Source: an uncultured Gemmatimonadales bacterium
GTDB taxonomy: Bacteria; Gemmatimonadota; Gemmatimonadetes; Longimicrobiales; Longimicrobiaceae
Length of the DNA stretch: 64,000 nt
Assembly: GCA_963716255.1 (NCBI GenBank)
Contig: OY970303.1
Span: 1,568,001-1,632,000 of the forward strand
Direction of reading: 5' to 3'
Positions 30,393 through 40,973 of this stretch are shown here, one piece after another. A program made the position numbers and the translations under genes. The notes beneath the pieces are model-generated. The model saw only the letters and a list, made by a program, of their open reading frames with translations. It was not told the DNA's origin and did no database searches. Position 1 is the stretch's first letter. Each line of letters begins with the position of its first letter.

Positions 30393-33300
30393 ATGGCCGC
30401 TCTCCAGGCCGACCTGAGCCTCCGCCTGGACGTCTCGTCCCTGGTGGACGGGCTCGTCGGCGGGGGCGGCGCGCTCGCCGGCCCGGCGGGGCGGCTCACG
30501 GCCATCTCCTCGCCCGTCTCCGACGGCGAGATGGGCGCCACCGTGCAGGTGGCCGCCCGCGTGGAAGTGGGCGGCATCGGCGACGCCGCCGCGCGGCTGA
30601 CGGCCGAGGCCGGGGTGGTGCTGGACGGTCTCCCCGGCGTGGGCGACGTCATCGCCCCCATCACCGACGCGCTGGCCCTGCTCCAGCAGGTGAGCACCGG
30701 CGACCTGGAGGCGCAGCTGCGCGGCCTGGGCGAGCGCCTGTCCGCCGAGTTCGACCCCGGGAGCCACGGCGGGACGCTGGGCGCCATCCTGAACGTGGGC
30801 GAGGTGCTTTCCGGCGCGCCCGAGGGGCGCGTGCTCCTGGAGCTGCTCGCCTCGCTGCTGGGGCGCGGGGGGGTGCAGGTGTCCCCCGGCACGCTCACCG
30901 GCGGCGCCGTGCTCCCCGCGGTCGCGGGCGCGCTGCAGGTGATCGGGGGGATGATGTGCCTGGAGTCGGTGCTCGCGGAGGCCGAGCGGCTCACCGGCAT
31001 CATGGCGGCGCAGCTGGACCCGGGCGCGGTGCGCCCCGACCTGGCCGGGGTGCGCGCCTGCCTGTCGGAGGGCGGGCTGGCGGCGCTGGTGGCCGGTACC
31101 GACGTGGCCGACGCCGCCCAGGTGGACACAGCGGTCGCCGCCGTCAACCGCTGCGGGGCCCGGCTCGACGCCCTCCAGGCCCGCCTCTCGGCCGGGCTGG
31201 GGTTCGGCGAGGCCACCCTGGTGCACATGGACGTGGCGCGGCTCCAGGCCGAGGTCCGCGCCGGGCTGGACATGGTGCGCTCCGGCGACCTGGAGCCGCT
31301 GGGGCGGCTGGTGGCCGCGCTGCTCGCGCGCCTGCAGCCGGTGCTCGCGCTGGACGTGTCGGGCGCCGCGGCCGGCGGGCTGGACGCGCTGCTGGGCGCC
31401 GTGGAGGCGCAGGTGGAAACGCTGGCCGCCTCCCTCCGCGGCTTCGACACCTCCGCCCTATCGGACCCGCTGGCGCAGGGCCTGGGGACGGTGTCCGCCG
31501 CGGCGGGGACGCTGACCCACGCCATCGACACGGCGAGCGGCCTGGTGCGCGGCGCGCTGGCGCAGGTCACGGCCGCCGTGAGGGCCCTCCCCCTGGACGA
31601 CATCGCCGCGGCGCTGCGGGCCGTGCTGGACCAGGTGGGGGCGGCGCTGGACGTCGTGCGCGCCCTGGTGGCCACCATCCGCGACGCGCTGGAAACGGCC
31701 GGGGAGGCGGCGGTGGGAGCGCTGGAGGAGGTGGAGGCGGTGCTGGACGGGTTCCAGGCCGCGGTGGACGCCTTCTTCGCCGACGCGCGCGCCTTCGTGG
31801 AGGGGCTGCAGCTGGACGCGGTGCTGGGCCAGGTGGCGGAAGCGGTCGGCGTCTTCGGCGACGCGCTGGCGAAGGCCGAGATGAAGCCCATCTTCGACAC
31901 CGCGGTGGACGCCATCGGCACGGCGGCGGACGTGGTGGGGGCGGTCCCCTTCGACCTGATCCCCGAGTCCATGAAGGCCGAGGTGGACGAGGCGGTGCGC
32001 CCCGTCAAGGAAGCCGACGCCGGGGCGGTGAGCGCGCAGGTGCTGGAGCTGCTCGCCATCCGCGACGGCCACTTCGAGCTGAGCGCCGACCTCACCGGCG
32101 CCGTGGCCGAGGTCCAGGCCCAGGTGGACGCGCTGCTGGAGGGGGTGCGCGCGCTGGACCCCCGCGGGCACCTGCAGCGCCTGGACGAGGCGCTGGCAGG
32201 GGTGGCGGCGCGGGTGCGCGAGCTGGCCCCGCAGCTCGGCCTGGAGCCGGTGCAGGAAGCGGTGGACGCGGTGCGCGGCGCGGTGGCCGGCTTCGACCTG
32301 GAGGCCCAGATCGCGCCGGTGCAGGCGGCGTTCGACCAGGTGCTCGCCGCGATCGACGAGTACTCGCCCGTGCGGCTGGTGGAGCCGGTGGAGCGCGCCC
32401 TGGACGAGGCCCGCGGCCGGCTGGTGGAGCTGGTGCGCCTGGCGGAGTGGGAGCCCACGCTGGACGGGCTGGTGGAGCAGGCCCGCGGCGTCCTGGACCG
32501 GCTGGACCCCGCCCTGCTGGAGCCGCGCATCCGCGCCGCCCTGGGCGAGGCGCTGTCGCTGCTGGACGGCCTCCCGCAGCTGCCGGTGGGGGCCGGGCTG
32601 GGCGCCATCGTCGCCGCGCTCTATTCCGGGAGTGGGCGGGTGATCCACGCCTCGTCGTTCGAGCCGGTGATGGGGTGGCTGGGCGAGAGCGCGTCCGGGT
32701 CGGCGGCGCTGAACGCGCGCGCCATCCGCGTCTCCGACAACGTGCAGCGCACCCGCGCCGCCGTGGTGGAGCTGGAGCTGGACGCCGCCGCAGGCGACGC
32801 CGCGGCCGGGCGGCGCGCCCTGCTCGCCGCGGTGGACGGGCTCCCCGCGGGCCCCGGCCGCGACCGCCTGCGCGCCGCCGCCGAGGGCGTCCGGGCCGAC
32901 GAGGTGCTGGCCGGGCTGTCCGCCGGGCGCGCCCGCTACCTGGAGCGCCTGGGCGCCTCCGCCGGCGCCGCGGAAACGCTGCGCCGCACCGGCTTCTCGG
33001 AGGTGGACGTGGGGGCCGCCCGCTTCCGCGCCGCGGTGGGCCCCTTCGGCACGCTGGGGGGCTTCCTGCGCGGCATCCTGGCCCGCCTGGGGATCACCAG
33101 CGTGGAGGGCGGCCTTCCCGGGGTGCTCCGCGCCGTCCTGTCGGTGGCGCCGCCGGAGCGGCTTGCCGGGATCGTGGTGCCGGTGTACGCCGCCTTCCGC
33201 GAGCGGGTGGAGGCGCTGCTGGACGCCGTCGCCGACCCCGTCCGCGAGGCCATCCGGCAGATCCGCGCCTTGGTGGACGCCGTGGACCTCACCCCCCTGC

Positions 33301-33737
33301 GCGAGGCCGTGCAGGAGGCCGTGGACGCAGCCAAGGAAGAGGTGGGCGCGCTGTCGCCCGCCGTGCTGCTGGCGGTCCCCATCGCCTCGTTCAACGCCCT
33401 TCGCGAGGAGCTGGCCGGCTTCAACCCGGTGGGCGACCTGGTGGCCCTGCTGGAGGCGGTGCGCGACGCCGCGGCGCGCCTGCTGGACAAGCTCTCGGCG
33501 GAGCGCCTGCTGGCCAGCCCGCTCGCCATCTACGACCACGTGCTGGCCCAGCTGGAGCAGTTCCAGGTGGCCACGCTGCTGGCGTCGCTCCTGGTGCAGC
33601 TGGACGGCGTGGCCGCGGGGGTGGAGGACGGCCTCGCCCGCACGGTGGAAGCGTTCGTGCGCCTGCAGGCCGCGCTCCCCGGCGGCGGCGGGGGATCGTC
33701 GGTGTCGGTGTCCGCCTCCATCACCCTGGCCGCCTGA
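30393..33737 (+). CDS. 1114-aa Ala/Leu-rich helical protein, module 1 gene A
   Basis: Paralog of 40974-44321 (shared PESMKAEVD, AETLRRTGF, LASPLAIYDH, LPGGGGG); start MAALQA matches the paralog. Confidence 0.8.
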   Translation: MAALQADLSLRLDVSSLVDGLVGGGGALAGPAGRLTAISSPVSDGEMGATVQVAARVEVGGIGDAAARLTAEAGVVLDGLPGVGDVIAPITDALALLQQVSTGDLEAQLRGLGERLSAEFDPGSHGGTLGAILNVGEVLSGAPEGRVLLELLASLLGRGGVQVSPGTLTGGAVLPAVAGALQVIGGMMCLESVLAEAERLTGIMAAQLDPGAVRPDLAGVRACLSEGGLAALVAGTDVADAAQVDTAVAAVNRCGARLDALQARLSAGLGFGEATLVHMDVARLQAEVRAGLDMVRSGDLEPLGRLVAALLARLQPVLALDVSGAAAGGLDALLGAVEAQVETLAASLRGFDTSALSDPLAQGLGTVSAAAGTLTHAIDTASGLVRGALAQVTAAVRALPLDDIAAALRAVLDQVGAALDVVRALVATIRDALETAGEAAVGALEEVEAVLDGFQAAVDAFFADARAFVEGLQLDAVLGQVAEAVGVFGDALAKAEMKPIFDTAVDAIGTAADVVGAVPFDLIPESMKAEVDEAVRPVKEADAGAVSAQVLELLAIRDGHFELSADLTGAVAEVQAQVDALLEGVRALDPRGHLQRLDEALAGVAARVRELAPQLGLEPVQEAVDAVRGAVAGFDLEAQIAPVQAAFDQVLAAIDEYSPVRLVEPVERALDEARGRLVELVRLAEWEPTLDGLVEQARGVLDRLDPALLEPRIRAALGEALSLLDGLPQLPVGAGLGAIVAALYSGSGRVIHASSFEPVMGWLGESASGSAALNARAIRVSDNVQRTRAAVVELELDAAAGDAAAGRRALLAAVDGLPAGPGRDRLRAAAEGVRADEVLAGLSAGRARYLERLGASAGAAETLRRTGFSEVDVGAARFRAAVGPFGTLGGFLRGILARLGITSVEGGLPGVLRAVLSVAPPERLAGIVVPVYAAFRERVEALLDAVADPVREAIRQIRALVDAVDLTPLREAVQEAVDAAKEEVGALSPAVLLAVPIASFNALREELAGFNPVGDLVALLEAVRDAAARLLDKLSAERLLASPLAIYDHVLAQLEQFQVATLLASLLVQLDGVAAGVEDGLARTVEAFVRLQAALPGGGGGSSVSVSASITLAA

Positions 33738-33744
33738 GGCGCGC

Positions 33745-36700
33745 ATGGCCGGACCCCTCACCCACGCCGCCATCCTGCTGCTGGCCCGCGACCGCATCGC
33801 CGAAGTGCGCGACACGCTCCAGGCGCGCAAGGCGGCCGGGCACACCCTGCACCCGGTGGAGGAGCGCATCCGCGAGCTGGCGGACCGCACCTACGCCATG
33901 CTGGGGGCGGGCACCGCGCCGCCGGAGGGCTCGTTCCCCGTGCGCCCGCTGGGGACCACGGTGGGCGCCGGGATCTCGCGCTTCGCGTTGATGGGCTCCA
34001 TGGGGCCCGCCATCCCGGCGTTCTCGTCGCTGCTCACCCCGTACCAGGACTGGACCGCGCGCCTGGTCCACTCCGGCAACGCCGACCCCAACCGCGAGCG
34101 GGTGCTGTCCGGGAGCACCGACTTCGCCCTGCGCTTCTGGACCGAGGCCCGGCGCGAGATCGCGGCGATCCCCGCGGGTGAGCAGCCCGCGGCGACCGGG
34201 AACGCGCGCGCCTTCGTGCTGGGGTGGCTGTCGCACGTCGCGGCGGACGTGGTCACCGCCCCCTTCCTGGACGGCTACCGCTGGGGGATCCGCCCCAAGT
34301 CGCGGCTGCGCTTCGCCGAGGACGGCCGCGCCGCGCTGGAGGCCGAGGTGCGCCTGGACGCCCTGGTCGCGCGCCAGGTCATGCTGCGGGACAGCACCCG
34401 CTCCGGGGTGCGCTGGAGCGAGTGGTTCCCCCCCACCGACGACGTCAAGGACCACTTCTTCGCCGCGTACCACGCCACGCTGGAGCGGCTGTACCACGCG
34501 GAAACGGCGCCGCCACAGGGGTACGGCGACTTCGAGGACCGCTACGACGCGTACCCGCGCCCGGCCGCGTCGGCCGCGTCGCTGAAGAGCGGCTACCGCA
34601 CCTTCCGCGACTGGGCGCTCCCGCTGGCGTACGACCACACCTTCTGGGGCTTCTGGGTGTGGATGGCGGGTGCCTTCTTCGCCGTGCCGCTGCTCGTGGT
34701 GCCGCCGTTCATCCTGGTGCTGGAGGAGGGGCGGAAGCAGCTGGTCCCCCGCGACCCGGGCCACGACTCCGAGCAGGCGTGGTACGAGCTTCTCGCCCTG
34801 CCGCTGTTCCTGTCCTCGTGGATCCCGCCGCTGGCGGGGCTGGTGCTCTTCAACCCGCTCACGACCCACGAGGGCGGGGTGTACTTCTGGCTCTCGTTCG
34901 CGCTGTCCATCGTCAGCACCGCGCTCTCGGCCACGGGGTTCGGGCTGGCGGTGGACGGCACGAAGGTGGATCCCTGGGTGCGCTGGGGGATGCTGCTCGG
35001 GATCCCCATGGCGCTGCTGGTGGTGCACCTGGTCTTCCTGTTCCGCGACCTGGGCCCCAGCGAGCGGCGCACCCACCGGCTCCTCCCCTTCCTGTTCCTG
35101 ATCCCGCTGTTCGTCCTGGCGCTGTCGCTGGCGCTGCACCTGGTCCTCCACCGCCTCTTCGCCGAGGCGGCGGCCGATTCGGACGACCTCACGGACCCGG
35201 CGCCGTTCTGGATCACCTACGCGGCGTGGCTGGTGATCGGGATCGTGCTGTGGGCGGTGACGGCGCACTGGCTGCGCGACTGGATCGTCCCCGAGTCCCC
35301 GGGCGACCACGCCGCGCTGCGCCCCCGCACCGTGCGCCTGTTCGACGACGCCACGCTGCACCGCCTCCCGGACGCGCAGGGCGGACGCCACTTCCCGGCC
35401 GGGCGACGCCGGCTGCTCAAGCTGTGGTGGGAGGGGGGCGGCGACCTGTGGGTGCGCTCCGACCGCACGCACCTGCTCTTCAGCACCTCGTCCGACGGCG
35501 CCACCCCGCAGGTGGTGCCCGCGCCGCTCGCGCCCATGACGGTGCAGGAGTTCGGCGAGTTCCTGCGGCGGCGGGTGCTGGACGGCGCGACGCCGGGCAG
35601 GCTCCGCTGGGCGCTGGCCGACAACCGCGACCGCGAGCTGGACTACGAGCTGCCGCCCGGCGCCGCCTTCGCCGACGCGGGCGACGAGGACGACGTGGAG
35701 CTCGCCTCCCACGACGGCAAGGCCGCGAAGTGGACCAAGCTGGCCCACTCCGCCGACGACAGCGACTTCTACCTGTACCACGCCCCCAAGCCCGTGCAGT
35801 CGGTGTTCTGGGGGCCGGGCGGCCCGGTGTCGCCGGAGCGCTTCCGCTCGTCCGAGGCGGCCGGGCCCGCGGGGACCACCGTGCAGGTGCCCGCCGCCGA
35901 CCTGGCCGCCGTCGTGGGCGCCGGCACCACCTTCTTCAGCTTCTTCCGCCCCGGCGACGTCGTCCAGATCGGCGACCACAAGCGCGCGGTGCGCGAGGTG
36001 GTGGACGACACCCGGCTGCGGGTCTCGCTCCCCTTCCCCGCCGCGGTGGCCGCCGGGACCGCGTACAAGCGGCTGGCGATCGACCGCTTCCGCGACGTGG
36101 AAGGGCCGGGGCTGGTGGAAGGGATGAACGACGGGGGGAGCTACCTCCTGAAGGGGCTCCGCGGCACCCGCTTCGGCGAGACCTTCATCCCCGGCGACCG
36201 CATCCGGGTGCACGACGGCGACTTCCACCAGGTGCGCACCGTCCACACCATCGTGTCCGACGAGCTGCTGAGCGTGGACCAGCCGTTCCGCCCCGGCATC
36301 AGCTCGCCCGTGGTGGGGGGGAGCGACTACGAGCGCCTGGGCGCCGACGACGCGCTGGGATACACGTTCGCGCCCGGCTCGCCCGACGGCGACCTGCCCG
36401 ACGACTCGCTGATGGCGCACGCCGCGGACCTGGCCGCGCTGCTCTGCATGGGCGCCGCCACCCACCTGCAGGACCCGCCCCCCGCCGAGGCCGACCGGGT
36501 GTGGCAGGTGTTCCGGAACTGGAACCTGGACCGGCGCAGGGCCAACGAGTGGCAGATGCTGGTGGCCGGCGGCGCGGTGAGCGAAAAGGAGTTCGGCCAC
36601 GCCGAGCGTCGCGACCCGGCCATGCCCGAGGGCGCCCCCGACACCCGCACCCCCGCGGGCGAGGCCACGGCGACCCGGCACGGCTGGGTCCCGGTGATGC

Positions 36701-36840
36701 GCCAGTGGCTGGAGATGCACCGCCGCGGCGAGGAGCAGCTGAAGATGGCGGCCCGCCGTCCCGGGGACCCCACCAACCACCAGCTCACCCAGGCGATGGG
36801 CTTCCTGCTCAACCTGGACGTGCCGGCCGGCATCCCGTAA
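33745..36840 (+). CDS. Zn-dependent PLC-like domain + ~6 TM + phage-tail-like repeats, module 1 gene B
   Basis: GPLTH...GWLSHVAAD; hydrophobic block ~34640-35280; GTxF..FxPGD repeats; QVFRNWNLDRRR. Confidence 0.7.
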   Translation: MAGPLTHAAILLLARDRIAEVRDTLQARKAAGHTLHPVEERIRELADRTYAMLGAGTAPPEGSFPVRPLGTTVGAGISRFALMGSMGPAIPAFSSLLTPYQDWTARLVHSGNADPNRERVLSGSTDFALRFWTEARREIAAIPAGEQPAATGNARAFVLGWLSHVAADVVTAPFLDGYRWGIRPKSRLRFAEDGRAALEAEVRLDALVARQVMLRDSTRSGVRWSEWFPPTDDVKDHFFAAYHATLERLYHAETAPPQGYGDFEDRYDAYPRPAASAASLKSGYRTFRDWALPLAYDHTFWGFWVWMAGAFFAVPLLVVPPFILVLEEGRKQLVPRDPGHDSEQAWYELLALPLFLSSWIPPLAGLVLFNPLTTHEGGVYFWLSFALSIVSTALSATGFGLAVDGTKVDPWVRWGMLLGIPMALLVVHLVFLFRDLGPSERRTHRLLPFLFLIPLFVLALSLALHLVLHRLFAEAAADSDDLTDPAPFWITYAAWLVIGIVLWAVTAHWLRDWIVPESPGDHAALRPRTVRLFDDATLHRLPDAQGGRHFPAGRRRLLKLWWEGGGDLWVRSDRTHLLFSTSSDGATPQVVPAPLAPMTVQEFGEFLRRRVLDGATPGRLRWALADNRDRELDYELPPGAAFADAGDEDDVELASHDGKAAKWTKLAHSADDSDFYLYHAPKPVQSVFWGPGGPVSPERFRSSEAAGPAGTTVQVPAADLAAVVGAGTTFFSFFRPGDVVQIGDHKRAVREVVDDTRLRVSLPFPAAVAAGTAYKRLAIDRFRDVEGPGLVEGMNDGGSYLLKGLRGTRFGETFIPGDRIRVHDGDFHQVRTVHTIVSDELLSVDQPFRPGISSPVVGGSDYERLGADDALGYTFAPGSPDGDLPDDSLMAHAADLAALLCMGAATHLQDPPPAEADRVWQVFRNWNLDRRRANEWQMLVAGGAVSEKEFGHAERRDPAMPEGAPDTRTPAGEATATRHGWVPVMRQWLEMHRRGEEQLKMAARRPGDPTNHQLTQAMGFLLNLDVPAGIP

Positions 36841-36856
36841 CCCACTCCGCGCACCC

Positions 36857-39800
36857 ATGTCCGACGAGTACGTGGACGACCCGCTCGCCCGCACCCAGAC
36901 CTTCTACCGGAGGATGGGGATCAGCGAGAACGCCTACCCCACCGCCCTGGACGGCGCGCTGGCGCACGCCACCGCGGGCGCGGCGGCGGCGCCACCCGCG
37001 CACCACTGGGTGCCCATCGGCCCGCGGAGCATCGGGGGGCGGGTCCGCACGCTGGTGCAGCACCCGTCCCGGCCGCTCGTCTTCTACGCGGGGAGCGCGC
37101 ACGGCGGGGTGTGGCGCACGGCGGACGGCGGAGACACCTGGACCCCCGTGGGGAACCCGGAGCACGCCCTTCCCGTGGGCGCGCTCGGCGCATCCGGCCA
37201 GCACCCGGACGTTGTGTACGTGGGCACCGGCGACCCGGTGTCCTTCAAGGTCGGCGGGCGCGGCCTGTTCCGCTTCGACCTGGCGCCGGGCGCCCCCCAC
37301 CCGTTCCTGCAGCTCGCCACCCCCGGCGTCTCCTCGCGGCGCTTCACCGGGATCGCCGTGGACCCCGACGACGGCAACCGCTTCTGGGCCGCGTCCCCCG
37401 GCGGGCTGTGGCGCTGCCAGGTGGCCCCGCCCGTGGGCGCGGCCCCGCCGGTGCCCACCCTCACCCGGGAGTTCGCGCCCGGCGTCGCCCCGGCCGGCCC
37501 CCCGCCCGGGGAGACCGCGCTCGCGGCGTTCCCGGCCATGGCGGGCGGCAGCTACGCCACCGACGTGCTGGTGGTGCCGGACACCCGCAGCGCCGCCACC
37601 GTGAACATCGGCGGCCGCGTGGTGCCGCAGTACCTGCTGGTCTACGTCGCCATTTCCGGGCAGGGGCTGTACCGGGGACGGCTGGACCGCGGCAGCGCGC
37701 CGCCGTTCACCATGCAGTGGCGCGACCGCCTCCCGCTTCCCACCCCCTCCAGCTTCACCCGGGTGCTGGTGGCCGCCTGCCGGACGCAGCCGCAGCACCT
37801 GTACGCCGTGGCGGCCGAGGGGGGCAACTCCGGGGACAAGGCCACCGAGGTCTACTACTCCTCGGACCACGGCGACAGCTGGGAAAAGCGCAGCCACCTG
37901 CCGGGCGGACGAGGCCAGGCGTGGTACAGCATGATGCTGTTCGTCCACCCGGAAAACCCGCGCGTGGTCGTGCACGGCACGGTGGACGTGTACCGCAGCT
38001 CCGACGGGGCGAAGAGCTGGTCCATGCTCCTGGACTGGGAGGACTACGACCGGGGCGACCGCGCGCGCCACGCCGACCAGCACTGGGGCTTCTTCGACCG
38101 CTTCGACCACAACCGGCTCTGGCTCGCCAACGACGGGGGGATCTCCACGGGCGACCTTCGCCGCCCCCCCGGGGCGCGCGGCTTCTGGCGCAAGCGCAGC
38201 CACGGGATCGCCGCGGCCCAGTTCAACGACATCACGGTGCACCCCCGCCACGGGTGGATCACCGGGGGCGGGCTCCAGGACAACGGGAGCTACCTGAGCT
38301 ACGGCGGCGACTCGTGGTACCGGGTGGGGGGCGGAGACGGGGGCTCGCTCTCGTTCGACGCCCTGGACCCGCGCCGCTACTACCTGTCCACGGCGGCGGG
38401 GGGCGGGGGCTACATGTGGCGCGCGGACGTGGCGTCGGCGCTGGAAAAGGTCAGGGACTACGCCTACGTCACCTACGTCATGCCCGAGGCGCCGGTGGCG
38501 AGCGGCGTCTACAAGGTGCTCAACAAGATCCTCAGCATGCCCGACGGGGCCGACAACGGCCTCTTCTACGGCATCCACGGGGGGCACCCCTCCCGGGCCG
38601 GGCACCTGCTGGTGGGGCGCAAGCTGGCCGCGTGGCTCACCACGGACGGCGGCGACCACTTCCGCAAGATGCAGACGGGCGACTTCCGCCCGGCGGGCTC
38701 GGCAGTGAGCGTGGTGGCCTACTCGCCCGGCGCCCCCGACGAGGAGTTCTGGATCGGGACCGACGGCGGGGAGGTGTACCGCACCAGCAACGCGGCCGTG
38801 GTCCTGGCCGCGAGCCCCGCCGACCCCGCGTGGACCGACCACACCCCACGTCCGCCTCCGCCGCCCCCTCCACCGCCGCCCGCTCCGCCCCCGCCCCCCG
38901 CGCCGCCGGGCCCGCCCCTGTGGGGAGCCGGCAACGTGGTGATGGGGATGGACTTCGACTCCACGCGCACCCGCGACGCGGCCAACCGCCCCGCGCGCGC
39001 CGCCGTGGCCGTGGGCCAGCAGGTGTGGCTGTGGGACGACGGCTGGGCGGGGAACGGCTGGCTGAACATCTCGGGGGGCGGGGCCACGGGGCTGCCGCCG
39101 TGCCCGGTCACCAGCGTCGCCTTCGACCCCCGCAACCCGGGCGTGCTGTACGCCGGGACGCTGGCGGCCGTGTACGTGTGCACGCCGCTCCCCGCCGTCC
39201 CGGCCCCGCCCGGAGTGGGCGGCAAGCCGCCGATCCCCGGGACCGGCGCCGCGCCCGCGTTCGTGCCCCGGTGGGCGCCCTTCCACCAGGGGATGCCGCT
39301 GGTGCTGGTCACCGACCTGCACGTCCTCCCGGACCCCGCCTCCGCGGTGCCCGCCTCGCTGCTGCGCGCCGCGACCTACGGCCGGGGAATGTTCGAGTGC
39401 CACCTCACCCCGGCGCCGCCGGGGGCGTGGGTGGACCCGGAAACGCTGCTGTACGTCCGCCAGTACGCCATCGACGACGGGATCCACCCCCGCCAGGCCC
39501 CCGCCGCGCTGGGCGCCGCGCCGCTCCAGGGCGACCCGCGGTCCGCCGCCGGACAGCTCCCCTTCGACCTGGTGAGCGGCTACGACATCCGCGTGGACGC
39601 GCCGCCCTACACCTGGCTGGAGGACACGGTGGACCCGGTGGAGTTCGACGAGGACCTGGGAACGGACCCGCTGGTCCCCGGCGAGGTCAACTTCGTCTAC
39701 GTGCAGGTGCACAACCGCGGGTGGGGGACGGCCGCCGCCACCGAGGTGCACCTGTTCTTCGCCGGCCTTCCCATCCCCGCGCCCGGCGCCGCGCCGGCCG

Positions 39801-40669
39801 TCCCCGCCCTCCCGGCCTGGGCCGGCTTCCCCGCCGACCCGGCGCCCGCCCCCTGGGCGCGGGCGGGGGCGGCGCCGCTCGCCGTGGACCTGCGCGCCGG
39901 CGAGCCCCGGGTGGTGAGGTTCGACTGGGTCCCGCCGGCGGCCGTGGCGGGGCTCCGGGTGGCGCTGCTGGCGGTGGTCCGGCGCGCCGCGGACGCGCCC
40001 GCGCTCCCCGCCGCGGGACAGGCCGCCGACGCCTTTTTGCTCGCCAACCGCCACGCGTCGCTGCGCGTGGTGGCGGCGGGCGACTTCTTCCCCGTGTACG
40101 TGCGCGACGGCGTGGAGGACAGCGGCCACTCCGGCGACGTGGCGTGGGGCGGGCGGAGCCCCGACATCCTCGTGGTGTCGCCCCCCGCCGCGCCCCCTGC
40201 CGACCCGCACGCCGCCTTCGCCGACCGCGCCGACGCGCGCTCCGGCGACCGCCTCAAGGGCGGGGGCGACAACACCCTGTACGTGCGGGTCCACAACCCG
40301 TCGCGCCTCGCCGTGGACGTGGACGTGGAACTGTTCCAGGCGGTCGCGGACCACGACGCCTTCAAGCGCAGCGAGTGGACCGCGGTGACTCCCGTCGCCC
40401 CCGTCGCCGGGAGTCCCACCCGCACGCGCCTCCCGGTCCCGGCGGGGGACTACGCGCTGGCGGCCTTCCGCTTCAACCCGCCGGACCCCGACCCCGCGGG
40501 CGACCCGGCCTACAAGGCGTACCAGCTGGTGGCGCTGGTGCACGCGCCGCCCGCTTCGCCCCTCCCCGACCCCGCCGGCGTGGACGAGGTGGGCAAGTTC
40601 TGGACGCTGGTCCGCTCGTCGCTGGCCGCCAAGCGGGCGGCCACCCGGGCGCTCCGCTGGATCCCGTGA
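36857..40669 (+). CDS. VPS10/BNR (Asp-box) beta-propeller with two C-terminal Ig-like modules, module 1 gene C
   Basis: WVPIGP..IGGRV, DGGDTW and S.DG..SW Asp-boxes, HADQH, GGLQDNG, ATYGRG; YVxVHN twice; no signal peptide. Confidence 0.75.
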   Translation: MSDEYVDDPLARTQTFYRRMGISENAYPTALDGALAHATAGAAAAPPAHHWVPIGPRSIGGRVRTLVQHPSRPLVFYAGSAHGGVWRTADGGDTWTPVGNPEHALPVGALGASGQHPDVVYVGTGDPVSFKVGGRGLFRFDLAPGAPHPFLQLATPGVSSRRFTGIAVDPDDGNRFWAASPGGLWRCQVAPPVGAAPPVPTLTREFAPGVAPAGPPPGETALAAFPAMAGGSYATDVLVVPDTRSAATVNIGGRVVPQYLLVYVAISGQGLYRGRLDRGSAPPFTMQWRDRLPLPTPSSFTRVLVAACRTQPQHLYAVAAEGGNSGDKATEVYYSSDHGDSWEKRSHLPGGRGQAWYSMMLFVHPENPRVVVHGTVDVYRSSDGAKSWSMLLDWEDYDRGDRARHADQHWGFFDRFDHNRLWLANDGGISTGDLRRPPGARGFWRKRSHGIAAAQFNDITVHPRHGWITGGGLQDNGSYLSYGGDSWYRVGGGDGGSLSFDALDPRRYYLSTAAGGGGYMWRADVASALEKVRDYAYVTYVMPEAPVASGVYKVLNKILSMPDGADNGLFYGIHGGHPSRAGHLLVGRKLAAWLTTDGGDHFRKMQTGDFRPAGSAVSVVAYSPGAPDEEFWIGTDGGEVYRTSNAAVVLAASPADPAWTDHTPRPPPPPPPPPPAPPPPPAPPGPPLWGAGNVVMGMDFDSTRTRDAANRPARAAVAVGQQVWLWDDGWAGNGWLNISGGGATGLPPCPVTSVAFDPRNPGVLYAGTLAAVYVCTPLPAVPAPPGVGGKPPIPGTGAAPAFVPRWAPFHQGMPLVLVTDLHVLPDPASAVPASLLRAATYGRGMFECHLTPAPPGAWVDPETLLYVRQYAIDDGIHPRQAPAALGAAPLQGDPRSAAGQLPFDLVSGYDIRVDAPPYTWLEDTVDPVEFDEDLGTDPLVPGEVNFVYVQVHNRGWGTAAATEVHLFFAGLPIPAPGAAPAVPALPAWAGFPADPAPAPWARAGAAPLAVDLRAGEPRVVRFDWVPPAAVAGLRVALLAVVRRAADAPALPAAGQAADAFLLANRHASLRVVAAGDFFPVYVRDGVEDSGHSGDVAWGGRSPDILVVSPPAAPPADPHAAFADRADARSGDRLKGGGDNTLYVRVHNPSRLAVDVDVELFQAVADHDAFKRSEWTAVTPVAPVAGSPTRTRLPVPAGDYALAAFRFNPPDPDPAGDPAYKAYQLVALVHAPPASPLPDPAGVDEVGKFWTLVRSSLAAKRAATRALRWIP

Positions 40670-40688
40670 GGAGGCGCGCCGTCGATCG

Positions 40689-40867
40689 CCGTCCCACACG
40701 GGGCACACCCTTGCGGGACACGAACGCCCCAGGTGGGGCGGAACGTACGCATGGCGCGGCGGGTGCCCGCGTGCGCCCCTGCTCCGCCGGCTCGAGCGTA
40801 GGTTCCGCCAGCGGAAGGGAGTTAGAACGGGAAGAAATGGACATCCGTTTCCTGGCCTGTCAGTTGC
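40689..40867 (+). promoter_or_regulatory. Sigma54 promoter (40852-40867) with candidate enhancer sites (40689-40745), module 2/CIS operon
   Basis: CTGGCctgtcagTTGC fits GG-N10-GC; three GTCCC-N4-GGGAC-like sites upstream. Confidence 0.75.
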
Positions 40868-40973
40868 GCGTCCGGCCCGCGTCCACCCGATGCGCCCCGG
40901 CCGGGCTCGCCCACCGCCCCCGCAGACCGAGCATGCCGCGCAGCTCCCGCTCCACCCCCGTTCCGCTCCGCGC

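Noticed and set aside
38845..38915. CCG-rich tract as a contingency repeat
   Set aside because: It is an imperfect, in-frame poly-proline linker.
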